A stretch of DNA of 64,000 nt from NCBI GenBank assembly GCA_965112735.1, contig OZ218952.1, positions 1 through 64,000 of the forward strand, read 5' to 3'. The notes beneath the pieces were generated by a model. The model was not told where the DNA came from and did no database searches. It was given only the letters and a program-made list of their open reading frames with translations. The position numbers were made by a program, and so were the translations under genes. This DNA is from Phaeosaccion multiseriatum. Taxonomy: Eukaryota; Protista; Ochrophyta, other classes. Positions within the stretch are counted from its first letter, which is position 1. Each line of letters starts with the position of its first letter. Positions 8,642 through 18,334 of the stretch are shown here, in pieces.

Positions 8642-11600
8642 TGGGAGCAGAGGAAGGCTGAGGCGAAGAAACCGGGGGTGACGTCCGTCTCATCTTCTTC
8701 GGCTGCGGCAGGTGTTTCTTTGCCAGGGCCAGTTGCTATGGACCTCACGGGAGACCGCATGAGCGTGGTTCTCGTGAATGACACGACTCCGGAGGTGCGG
8801 ATGTCGGCGCAAGCCCTGTTTGACAGCGGATGCGATGTGGGTATGGTCATGGGTGGTGACCTGGCTCGCACGTGGGTCGGAAAGGGTGGTGGCGTACTAG
8901 AGGCCTGTGAGCCTTCGGAGTGCGTCACTGCTGCTGGACCTGTGACTGCCAACGAAGTGTTGTGCGGCAGTCACCTTGAGATAGAGCTGAGTCATGGAAG
9001 CGTGAGTACAGCGCAGCTGGACAAGGAGTTCAGATCCATATTGGTTCTTGAGCTCTTGGGCAGCAGACTGATTCTGGGCCGGCCTTTGCATAAGGCACTG
9101 GGCTTGGAATCTTTGACTGAGCAGTTGCACAGAGTGCACGAGAAACGGTCGGAGGAGACCCTGCAGAGGGAGCGTGACGACGCTTCCCCTGCGACAGGGG
9201 CTGCCCCGACTAAGCAGCAGAGTGTTGAGAAGAGCGTGTGTTCTATGGGCGTTGAAGCCATCCAAGACTTTGTCGATTATGAGGCAAGCAACTTCCCCGT
9301 GAAAGTATTGGGGGTAGGAGCGCAGGAGGTTGCGGCCGAGAGCCCCCCTCCTGTCGCCAGTGCAGAGACACCAGAGGTTAGCGCCATTGGCGGCCAACCG
9401 CTTAATAATAAAGACCGTGAAGAGTGTGAAGGTGTACCGGATACTATTCAAGGGCCATCAGAGGGAGTTCCCCCTTCTGAGGCACGCCGTAGAGAGGTGC
9501 TAGGTCCCATTGTGGACAAAGCAATCACTGATCATGATTTCCCTGCGGAGCTGAGAGAGCCAATGATGGAAGCTCTCTTAGAGTTCGACGTATGGCGGGA
9601 AGAGTTGCTCTTTAGCGACGGCCCCGCTAACGTAGAGCCAATGGAGGTGACGTTTACCAATAAGGTACCGAGCTCCCGTCTCCCCATAAGGCAACAAGGC
9701 GCAAAGGGTGCTTTTGTAAATGACTTTTGCAACAAGTTGATAGACAAAGGCCTGGGTTATAGCAACCCGCAGAGCGCTCATGGCAGCCCGGCGTTTGCAG
9801 TGGGCAAACCCGGCAAGCCAGGCAAGTACCGTATCGTCTGCGACTTTCGCGAAGTCAATGAAAAAGTACAGAAGGTCGATTTTGGGATGATGAACATTGA
9901 AGACGCCGTAGCCTCCATGTTGGGTTGCCTATGGTTCATCGAGATAGATGGGGTTGACATGTATTGGCAATTCCCACTAGGCAAGTTGAGCCAAGTTGCT
10001 CACACCTATATATTCCCAAATGGCAAAGTGACGCCAACTCGAGTACCCCAGGGGGCTAAGAACTCGGGCGCTTACGTCCAAGGCCAGATGACCCACCTCT
10101 TTCGCAAAGAGTTGTGCAAGACCCACGCCGTCTACATTGACAACGTAGCTTACTGGGCAAAGGTGGGAGAGGAGATGGTGAGTCTCACTCGACTGACGAT
10201 GAAGCGCCTTCACAGCGCCAACATCAAGATAGGATTGAGCTCCTTCCGCTTCGGCAAAGAGCTTAAGTTCCTAGGCCGCGTGCACGACCGACGCGGCACA
10301 CGACATGACCCCGCCAGAGTGCAGGGCCTGACCAGTCTCGCGGCCCCAGAGACGGCTGGAGATTTGATGACTTTCCTCTGCAGCCTGCAGTGGTTTCATC
10401 GATACATCAAGGACTTCGCTAAGCTAGTGGGTCCTTTGAACGCGCTGTTGAACAAAGCCCTCGGGCAGGCTAACGCTAAGCCTCATCAGCACAAGCGCTC
10501 CAAAGCAGTGGCCAAGACGATTCCATTGGCTTCTGTGGGGTGGGACATAGAGCACGACGACGCTTTCTTCCAGATCAAGCGCGTTCTTGCACAGAACACG
10601 GTGCTGTCGCACCCAGACCCAACCAAACTGGCACTGGTATTCCCAGATGCTAGTGACCTCTACTGGGGATGTATGATTACATACATAGACCCCAAAGAGC
10701 TGTGCCTTCCGGTACATGAGATGAACCACATCCCGGTGGCCTTCGGCTCAGGCGCCTTTGAAGGCGCAGAGCTGAGGCGTGCCACCATCGACAAGGAAGG
10801 AGACGCGACACTCCGAGGCTTGATCCAGAACGAGTACGCTTTGGTCGGGGCACAGAAAGTGCACATCTTTTGCGACCATCGCAACTTGGCGTTCATGATG
10901 AGCAACGACAGCAAGTACCCTGGCATGACTAAGCCTATGAGGGACAGGCTGCAGCGTCAGGCCGTGCGCCTTCAGAGCTTTGACTACGTCATTGTCCACT
11001 TCCCTGGTCATCTCCATGATTGGGCCGACCCCATTAGCAGGCGGTACACGCACCCGGTGAGCCTCACCCCTAGTGTGCTCGCCTTGGGCAAGTTTGGACC
11101 CATGCAAGTGTTTGACACTATGTGTGACGACTTCACTTGGCCCTCCACAACTGAGATTGCCAGTCTGCAGGCCGACGCTCTTCAGGAGCTCCAGCAGGCT
11201 AGCAAGGAGGTGGGAGAGAACGGGCGCCGCCTGCTCCTCTCATCAGTTGGTGACGACGGGTTGATTCGAGCGTGCCATCCGACGAGCAACCCCGCTGACA
11301 GCACCCGCATTTGGATTCCCTCGGTGGGAGCCAAGGCGGAAGACATGCACCTGAGGCTGTGTGTGACTGGCCATCAGGGTATGATGGGCCATCAGGGAGA
11401 GACAAACACCTTGAGTGCTATTAAGGAGAAGTTCATTTGGCACTCGCTAGACAAGGACGTGCGAAGCCTCGTTCAGAACTGTCTCCACTGCCTCACCAAC
11501 GGCAAGGGCGAGAGAGTGCCTCGCCCCCTGCTAGCTCAATGGCACGCCACTGGACCCCAGCAACTCATCTGGTTTGACTTCGTCAAGATTGGCGATGGAG

Positions 11601-12847
11601 TCATATGGGCAGAGTCCCCAGAAGGGTTCATGAAGCTTCAGGTCAAGCAAGTGCTGTGCATCTTTGATGATTTTTCATCATTGTCAATGTATGAGCCATG
11701 TTTGGAAGCTACTGCACGAGTGTGTGCACGCGGTCTGTTGCGCTGGTTCGCACAGCATGGCGTAGTGCCCAGGTGGCAGAGTGACCGAGGCAGTCATTTC
11801 CTAAATGAGGTGATACGTGAGTTAAGTCAGCTCTTGCGGTGCAACCACCACTTTGTGGTGGCACACAACCCATACAGTCGAGGATTGGGCGAGCGTGGTG
11901 TACAGACACTGCAGAAGATCATGAGATCAATGATGTCTGAACTACGGCAGCCGCCCGAGACATGGCCGCAGCTACTGCCAGTGATGGAGGCTGTTGAGAA
12001 CAGCTCCAACAAGAGCAGTCGGTCTAACTTGTCTCCCATCCAGCTGCACAGTGGTCACGTACCACAGCGGCCTCTCGACACGATTTTGATCCACGACGCG
12101 GATCGAATGCAAAAGGTTCGGCTACTGCAGCTGACCCCGGCGCAGAGAGACACCCTTGCGACACAACTCCATCAGAGGAAGGAGGGGCAGCATGCCGAGG
12201 CGGCGCGCCAACTGACTACCCTCCGCGATCACAAGCGCGATGGCATCAACCAGAGGTTGATGAGTGGCAGACGTGGTGCAGAGCATCGTCAGGACTTGGC
12301 CAGAGCTAAGCAGCTCAACAGCGAGACGCTGTTTCAGGTCGGAGTCTACGTACTCGTTGCAACAGTAGGGCCTACAAGCAAGATACTAGGCAAGTGGCAT
12401 GGGCCCTGCCGAGTGCTTGAAGCCCTTGAGCAACACGTGTACAAGGTGGAGGAGCTTGTGGGCAAGAAGCGTACCTATGAGGTACACATCAGCCGGCTCC
12501 GCTACTACTGCGGTGCTCACGTTAACGTCACTACCGACGTACTTCAACAGATTTCATATAACACCCAAGACTTTGTGGTGGAGGCCTTTGAAGGCCTCGT
12601 TAAGCACGCAGATGATTCATGGCACGTCATTGTTAAGTGGCGTGGCTTTGACGCCCTCGAGAATAGCGAGGAGCCCATCGAGGCGCTGCACGAAGATACT
12701 CCACGTTTACTGGAGACCTACCTGCAGCACCATCAGGACAAGCAGTTGATCAGCGCAGTCCGAGCCTATCTGCGCAAGACTACGACGCGATCGGCTACTA
12801 AGCCGCCGCGCTCCGCGCGCACACGAAAGCGGACACAAACTAGATGA
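8642..12847 (+). CDS. pol: G3 gag-pol remainder: PR, RT, RNase H, integrase, chromodomain (no native start)
   Basis: LFDSGC; RIVCDFREVN; PQGAKNS; YIDN; VFPDAS; HHCC; DDE; KWHGPC (GPY/F-like); FVVEAF...VKWRGF...NSEEP. The first 30 codons of the track ORF (8552) come from repeat B and the inverted patch. Confidence 0.93.
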   Translation, partial: WEQRKAEAKKPGVTSVSSSSAAAGVSLPGPVAMDLTGDRMSVVLVNDTTPEVRMSAQALFDSGCDVGMVMGGDLARTWVGKGGGVLEACEPSECVTAAGPVTANEVLCGSHLEIELSHGSVSTAQLDKEFRSILVLELLGSRLILGRPLHKALGLESLTEQLHRVHEKRSEETLQRERDDASPATGAAPTKQQSVEKSVCSMGVEAIQDFVDYEASNFPVKVLGVGAQEVAAESPPPVASAETPEVSAIGGQPLNNKDREECEGVPDTIQGPSEGVPPSEARRREVLGPIVDKAITDHDFPAELREPMMEALLEFDVWREELLFSDGPANVEPMEVTFTNKVPSSRLPIRQQGAKGAFVNDFCNKLIDKGLGYSNPQSAHGSPAFAVGKPGKPGKYRIVCDFREVNEKVQKVDFGMMNIEDAVASMLGCLWFIEIDGVDMYWQFPLGKLSQVAHTYIFPNGKVTPTRVPQGAKNSGAYVQGQMTHLFRKELCKTHAVYIDNVAYWAKVGEEMVSLTRLTMKRLHSANIKIGLSSFRFGKELKFLGRVHDRRGTRHDPARVQGLTSLAAPETAGDLMTFLCSLQWFHRYIKDFAKLVGPLNALLNKALGQANAKPHQHKRSKAVAKTIPLASVGWDIEHDDAFFQIKRVLAQNTVLSHPDPTKLALVFPDASDLYWGCMITYIDPKELCLPVHEMNHIPVAFGSGAFEGAELRRATIDKEGDATLRGLIQNEYALVGAQKVHIFCDHRNLAFMMSNDSKYPGMTKPMRDRLQRQAVRLQSFDYVIVHFPGHLHDWADPISRRYTHPVSLTPSVLALGKFGPMQVFDTMCDDFTWPSTTEIASLQADALQELQQASKEVGENGRRLLLSSVGDDGLIRACHPTSNPADSTRIWIPSVGAKAEDMHLRLCVTGHQGMMGHQGETNTLSAIKEKFIWHSLDKDVRSLVQNCLHCLTNGKGERVPRPLLAQWHATGPQQLIWFDFVKIGDGVIWAESPEGFMKLQVKQVLCIFDDFSSLSMYEPCLEATARVCARGLLRWFAQHGVVPRWQSDRGSHFLNEVIRELSQLLRCNHHFVVAHNPYSRGLGERGVQTLQKIMRSMMSELRQPPETWPQLLPVMEAVENSSNKSSRSNLSPIQLHSGHVPQRPLDTILIHDADRMQKVRLLQLTPAQRDTLATQLHQRKEGQHAEAARQLTTLRDHKRDGINQRLMSGRRGAEHRQDLARAKQLNSETLFQVGVYVLVATVGPTSKILGKWHGPCRVLEALEQHVYKVEELVGKKRTYEVHISRLRYYCGAHVNVTTDVLQQISYNTQDFVVEAFEGLVKHADDSWHVIVKWRGFDALENSEEPIEALHEDTPRLLETYLQHHQDKQLISAVRAYLRKTTTRSATKPPRSARTRKRTQTR

Positions 12848-12894
12848 TAGACACACTTACTTCCCAGTTGGCTCGAACTGTCGCTTGGGGGTAG

Positions 12895-13142
12895 TGTGGT
12901 AGATTGTCCTGCCTGAGGGTTTCCGGTCACACATTCTGGGGTATAATAAGAATGTCGGTTTCCTAGGCACGCCCCGAGGGGGTTCAACGGCTCTAACGTT
13001 TCACCCTCCTCTTTGTGGGCACAAGCTTTGCATCAGCAAGTAGTAGAGATATATTATCAATACGGACACTGACGCCCCACCATAGGCGCAGCATATACTT
13101 AGTCCAAACCCCTTAACGTTTCTACTATCTTAGCTTAGCACA
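12895..13142 (+). repeat. 3' LTR of G3 (248 bp)
   Basis: TGTG...GCACA directly after the PPT, homologous to the G1 and G2 LTRs. Confidence 0.9.
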
Positions 13143-13481
13143 GAAGAGGGCAAAAGGCGCCGGCACGCAACACCGTGGAGGCGGTCGGCACGCAACACCA
13201 GACACCGCTTGTCCCAAGCCATAGAGCCCCGCAACACCGGCAAAGGAAAGAAAAGAAGAGTTCCGGCACGCAACACCGTGGAGACTGTCGGCACGCAACA
13301 CCAGACACAGTCTCCCTAGCTCTTCCTCCCTCTTCCACGAGGATCCCGGCTCGCAACACCAGGCGGATCCCCTTGGCCAACACAAGCGCTCTGTCCGGGC
13401 CCAGGACAAGAGGCTCGCTTTCCACCACACCAGTATCTACTCTCCTCCTTGACAGTGTGCTCCACTCTTCCTGGGCTCTGT
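13143..13481 (-). mobile_element. Family Z fragment (repeat A region) between G3 and Copia
   Basis: Near-identical reverse complement of roughly 26075-26410, with CGGCACGCAACACC subrepeats. Confidence 0.93.
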
Positions 13482-13647
13482 TGAGATAAGATGTATTGAG
13501 ATAAATCGATGTCGACACTGGATATCGATCTCTATATCGCCGGTACATATCCGATCACTCCCTTGATTTGGTAATGAGTTAATAAGACGCTGTCCCACAA
13601 CCCGTGCAAGTACGACGCTAGTCTCCAGAGAGGGAGATATCCCAACA
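13479..13647 (+). repeat. Putative 5' LTR of the Copia element (169 bp)
   Basis: TGTTGAGATA...TATCCCAACA, a 10-bp terminal inverted repeat with one mismatch. No second LTR in the window to confirm it. Confidence 0.7.
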
Positions 13648-13770
13648 CGACAATTGTCGTGGTGAAATCTAGTGATCACTAGTGCAGCAGTTGTCGTAAA
13701 ACACGGGAGAATGAAACGGTAGAAAGGTCTGAAGGTACCAGATACTCGGGCACTGGTCTGTCGCGCTACG

Positions 13771-15321
13771 TTGATCATGGCGGACCGACAGTTCTCGAGG
13801 CAGGAGGCAATCCGTAAGTTGCGACAAATTCAGCTTACGGAACAGAAGAAGAGACAGGAGAAGGAGGAATTAAGGCGGGGGGGGCTACAGAGTGAAACGG
13901 CTCCTCCGCGCCGCACCTATGACTTGCGTGTGCAGTCTAGGGTAGATTATTCCCACCTCCATCTTCATGGATTGCGCGGCGCCCGTGTGGGGCCCGTGAG
14001 CGATAACCCCCCGCGTGCAGCAGTTGAGTATGACACTCCTCCTCGCAGGGGAAGTGGTGGTGGTGGTGGCAGGGCATTTTCGCCTGTCATGCCTGGAAGG
14101 ATTTCTACTCCTGCGGTAAGTCTGAATGATTCGGTGGCTACGCTGCTGAGTCAACCGCGTCTAGACGAAGCGTCTCGACAGGCTGTGCGGTTGGCTCTTC
14201 AGCGTGCTATTGTTGCTGACGAGGAGGAGGAGAAGAAGCAGCGCTCAGTAGCTTTCGGCTCTGAGGCTGATGAGTCTGGTGATGATGAGGTTCGTTCACC
14301 GGATTTGACTGGAGATGGGGGCAGAGGTATCCCTGTAGTGCGTTCGGCAATGGCTGGGCGTGAGAGCGATGAGGCGACTGGTGTGAAGGCCTCTGCTCTC
14401 GGTGTTGGACCTGTGTCTAACACTGGTGAACGCAGACGGTCAGCAGTGGCGTCTGGTAACACTGGCGAATACAGACGAGCAGCAGTGGCGTCTGATACCC
14501 CTGTTCGCAGTGGGAGAGGTGGCAGGGCAATTAAGCCTGCCACGTATGGGGGAACGACAGCTACTGCAGCGTGTAGTAGTCGTGGAGGGAGTGAGGAGGT
14601 ACCATGTTTGGAAGCTCCTACTCCAGCCCGGAGTGAGGAGGCACCAGGTTTGGAAGCTCCTACTCCAGCCCGGAGTGAGGAGGCACCAGGTTTGGAAGCT
14701 CCTACTCCAGCCCGGAGTGAGGAGGCACCAGGTTTGGCAGCTCCTGCTCCAGCCCGGAGTGAGGAGGCACCAGTCATGGAAGCTCCTGCTCCAGTTCGTG
14801 TGCCAGGCGAGGAATTCACTCAAGGAGTTTCTGCCGCGAACGATGATGATACCTTCGTCTTTAACGTAGACGGAGAAGGGGTTGAGGAACCGGTGGTGCC
14901 CGACCACGAAGCCTCGACATGCTCTACTGGGCAGAGCCGGCTGCAGGAAGATGCGGTGGGGCGTGAGCGGACCCAGCAGCGACTGCATGAGGAAGTTATG
15001 CACGAGAAACACAGGCAGCTGCACGAAGAAGAGGTGGAGCACGAGGGGTCCCAGCTGCGTCTGCGGCAGGAGGTGAAGGAAGGCACAGGGGTAGTGGAAG
15101 AGACTGCGCCTCAGCGGCTTGGTCAACTATATCCTGGTCGGCTGGCACCAGCTGGTATTGGTACGACATGGGATATGGTTCCATGTGCGCTTCTGTCTTT
15201 GGCTAAGGATGGCAATGCACCTCTTCAAGAGCATGAGGTGGTGTATGTGGAGCAGGACAAGGTCATACACATGAGGTGGTGTATGTGGAGCACGGCAAGC
15301 ACGGCAAGGTCATGCGCTTGA
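13771..15321 (+). CDS. Low-complexity ORF of the Copia derivative, ending in RT remnants
   Basis: 516-aa open frame. C-terminal TWDMVP and EVVYVEQ resemble Copia RT motifs. No recognisable gag, IN or PR. Confidence 0.45.
   Translation: MIMADRQFSRQEAIRKLRQIQLTEQKKRQEKEELRRGGLQSETAPPRRTYDLRVQSRVDYSHLHLHGLRGARVGPVSDNPPRAAVEYDTPPRRGSGGGGGRAFSPVMPGRISTPAVSLNDSVATLLSQPRLDEASRQAVRLALQRAIVADEEEEKKQRSVAFGSEADESGDDEVRSPDLTGDGGRGIPVVRSAMAGRESDEATGVKASALGVGPVSNTGERRRSAVASGNTGEYRRAAVASDTPVRSGRGGRAIKPATYGGTTATAACSSRGGSEEVPCLEAPTPARSEEAPGLEAPTPARSEEAPGLEAPTPARSEEAPGLAAPAPARSEEAPVMEAPAPVRVPGEEFTQGVSAANDDDTFVFNVDGEGVEEPVVPDHEASTCSTGQSRLQEDAVGRERTQQRLHEEVMHEKHRQLHEEEVEHEGSQLRLRQEVKEGTGVVEETAPQRLGQLYPGRLAPAGIGTTWDMVPCALLSLAKDGNAPLQEHEVVYVEQDKVIHMRWCMWSTASTARSCA
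14588..14792 (+). repeat. 42-bp coding minisatellite (SEEAPGLEAPTPAR, about 5 copies)
   Basis: GGAGTGAGGAGGCACCAGGTTTGGAAGCTCCTACTCCAGCCC repeated. Confidence 0.95.
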
Positions 15322-15339
15322 AGGATGGCACTCTACGAC

Positions 15340-15718
15340 AAGGTCATGCGCTTGAAGAAGGCGCTCTATGTGAGCCTATGCTGTTCGAGAGTTGTCGAGG
15401 TATATGAAGAACCCCGGCCCTGAGCATTGGAAACAGGCTATGCGTGTGTTTGGGTACCTGAAGGGTACTGTGGATTTTGCCTTGGCGTTTGGCAATGGTG
15501 AGTGTGTTTTGGAAGCTTATGCAGACGCGAATTACGCTGCATGTGTTGACACTCGCAGGAGTTCGACTGGTTACGCTTTGATGTACGGAGGTGCGGCTAT
15601 CACTTGGGGTGTGCGATTGCAGCTGAGTGTGGCAATGTCTTCACTGGAGAGTGAGTACATGGCGGCCAGCGACTGTGTGAAGGAGATATTATATATTAGG
15701 CAAGTATTGAGTTTCTTG
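15340..15718 (+). pseudogene. pol: Copia RT C-terminus and RNase H fragment
   Basis: KVMRLKKALY; SRYMKNPGPEHW...YLKGT; YADANYA...RRSSTGY...SSLESEY. Confidence 0.92.
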
Positions 15719-16815
15719 ATCCCAGCACAGAGCCAGATTGGGCCATTTGAGCCCATCCAAGGCCCCACTTGGCGCTGTTGGGGCAATGCAGTATCTCAGT
15801 TGGGCCTGTTGTGCTGAGCCAATGCCCGGCGTGAGCATGTTGTGGCCAGCTAACGCGTCGTTCGGGCTGTGTGCGCCCCACAAATGCTGGCTTTAGGCTT
15901 TTTTTATCCCAGCACAGAGCCAGATTGGGCCATTTGAGCCCATCCAAGGCCCCACTTGGCACTATTGGGCCTGTTGTGCTGAGCCAATGCCCGGCGTGAG
16001 CATGTTGTGGCCCGCAAACGCGTCGGTCGGGCTGTGTGCGCCCCACAAATGCCGGCTTTAGGCTTTTTTGATCCCAGCACAGAGCCAGATTGGGCCATTT
16101 GAGCCCATCCAAGGCCCCACTTGGCGCTGTTGGGGCAATGCAGTATCTCAGTTGGGCCTGTTGTGCTGAGCCAATGCCCGGCGTGAGCATGTTGTGGCCA
16201 GCAAACGCGTCGTTCGGGCTGTGTGCGCCCCACAAATGCCGGCTTTAGGCTTTTTTGATCCCAGCACAGAGCCAGATTGGGCCATTTGAGTCCATCCAAG
16301 GCCCCACTTGGCACTATTGGGCCTGTTGTGCTGAGCCAATGCCCGGCGTGAGCATGTTGTGGCCAGCTAACGCGTCGTTCGGGCTGTGTGCGCCCCACAA
16401 ATGCCGGCTTTAGGCTTTTTTGATCCCAGCACAGAGCCAGATTGGGCCATTTGAGCCCATCCAAGGCCCCACTTGGCGCTGTTGGGACAATGCAGTATCT
16501 CAGTTGCGCCTGTTGTGCTGAGCCAATGCCCGGCGTGAGCATGTTGTGGCCAGCAAACGCGTCGTTCGGGCTGTGTGCGCCCCACAAATGCCGGCTTTAG
16601 GCTTTTTTGATCCCAGCACAGAGCCAGATTGGGCCATTTGAGCCCATCCAAGGCCCCACTTGGCGCTGTTGGGGCAATGCAGTATCTCAGTTGCGCCTGT
16701 TGTGCTGAGCCAATGCCCGGCGTGAGCATGTTGTGGCCAGCTAACGCGTCGTTCGGGCTGTGTGCGCCCCACAAATGCTGGCTTTAGGCTTTTTTGATCC
16801 CAGCACAGAGCCACA
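15716..16815 (+). repeat. 187-bp satellite block S1 (includes 165-bp deletion monomers)
   Basis: About 6 tandem monomers GATCCCAGCACAGAGCC...TTTAGGCTTTTTT. Confidence 0.98.
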
Positions 16816-17036
16816 TGTGGAGTCTCAAAGGTGTTTGGTATGTTCGAATCCGGATTGTCGCCAGTTGGGGAACGTACGCCTCATATGAACGGCATGTCGC
16901 AGGAGGAGGATAGATAGGAAAGTGAGATTGATAAGGAAAGCTAATACACGCTCAACATAGGATAAGAACCCCTTTGCTTGTTGGTTGTCTGGGGTGTGTG
17001 GTCTGTCCCACATTCCAGGTGGCTCAACTTGGTGGA
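16816..17036 (+). mobile_element. Family W LTR (16816-17026) with PBS stub ACTTGGTGGA
   Basis: TGTGG...GCTCA, 211 bp, inverted relative to 17039-17249. Confidence 0.88.
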
Positions 17037-18124
17037 GTTGAGCTACCTGGGATGTGGGACAGACCACACACTCCAGACAACCAACAAGCAAAGGGATTCT
17101 TATCCTATGTTGAGCGTGTATTAGCTTCCTTCTTCTATCTCTCTTCCTTATCTATCCTCCTGCTGCGACGTGCCGTTCATATGAGGCGTACGTTCCCCAA
17201 CTGGCGACAATCCGGATTCGAACATACCAAACACCTTTGAGACTCCACAACTTCCCCCCCCCAAGGCCGAGGCCAACCAGCCAAGGACTGAGAAAACTGT
17301 GAGGCGAACAGGAGCAGCTCACACACAAACCTCTAATAGAACTAGATCAAACCAATGGGGAAAGAAACAAAGTCCAAAACCCCATGCATCTAGCAGCAAG
17401 CAAAGCAGCAAAGCATCCATATTCCAAAGCGTAGCACCAACTTCTTCAGCAAACAAAAGAAAATACCGGTGTGACACAACACCAAAAAGAAAAAAATGAG
17501 AACAACCACATACTAACCGACCCGTACCCGTTGTGCACACAGCGAGCTGAAGCATGAATACCGATCAATGCCAACCCCCCAAGTCGTAGCGCCAGCAGTG
17601 TTGCCTCCAAAAGAAATCAAGCTCTCGAGCTCCAGAAGAGTTGATCAGACCCTTCGCAATAAGCAGCAGTAGCAGTAGCAGCAATCCCATCAATAAAGCA
17701 AACCAAATCCCAAATGCGTGCAGCGTATCCTCGTCTCAATGTGTGTCACCAAAGGACGGCAATACCTCCAAACAAAGCCGCAGGCAGAGCAGCATAATCC
17801 AATTTCCATAGCAAGCACCAAGTAACCAGCTCCAGCAGCATCCATGCGGCATATACAACGCAAAAACACTATGCAATCCGCTGGCAAGGCTAGCATAAGC
17901 AGCAAAGCGCGTCCAATCCAGCAAATTCAAATTCTTTTTGGAATCACAGATCCAAAAATGTCCATATAACCAACCCCTGTAGAAAAGCCGAAAATGCCCT
18001 CACACAAGCACTCATGTTTTCCACTCCAAGCTCCTCGAACATCAACTCGTAGAAGCTATCCTTCAGCATACGCCGTACCAAGACCACTCCGCTGCGATTC
18101 CAATCGTCCGCCGCGAACTTCCGC

Positions 18125-18334
18125 TGAGCTGCCTGGGATGTGGGATAGACAACACCCCAGACAACCAACAAGCAAAGGGATTCATATCCTATGTTGAGCG
18201 TGTATTATCTTTCCTTTCTCTATCTCACTTTCTTATCTATCCTCCTCCTGCGACATGCCGTTCATATGAAGCACGTGTTCCCCAAATGGCGACAATCCGG
18301 ATTCGAACATACCAAACACCTTTGAGACTCCACA
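18125..18334 (-). mobile_element. Solo W LTR with 4-bp TSD CCGC
   Basis: TG...CA ends, with CCGC at 18121-18124 and 18335-18338. The empty site is visible in Z (CTTCCGCTGTACC near 32010). Confidence 0.93.

Larger units (their letters stand above)
8642..13142 (+). mobile_element. Gypsy chromovirus family G3, 5'-truncated (gag end, pol, PPT, 3' LTR)
   Basis: Uninterrupted PR-RT-RH-IN-chromodomain frame, PPT GGGGGTAG ending at 12894, then an LTR. Confidence 0.95.
13479..15718 (+). mobile_element. Internally deleted, 3'-truncated Ty1/Copia element
   Basis: 5' LTR plus Copia RT and RNase H remnants. Ends at the satellite with TTG overlap. Confidence 0.85.

Noticed and set aside
715-13142. Single intact Gypsy element with paired LTRs
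   Set aside because: The LTRs belong to different families, there is no matching TSD, and the interior is a mosaic.
17039-17249. W repeats as terminal inverted repeats of a DNA transposon
   Set aside because: TG...CA ends, PBS, PPT and a solo copy with a 4-bp TSD identify them as LTRs.
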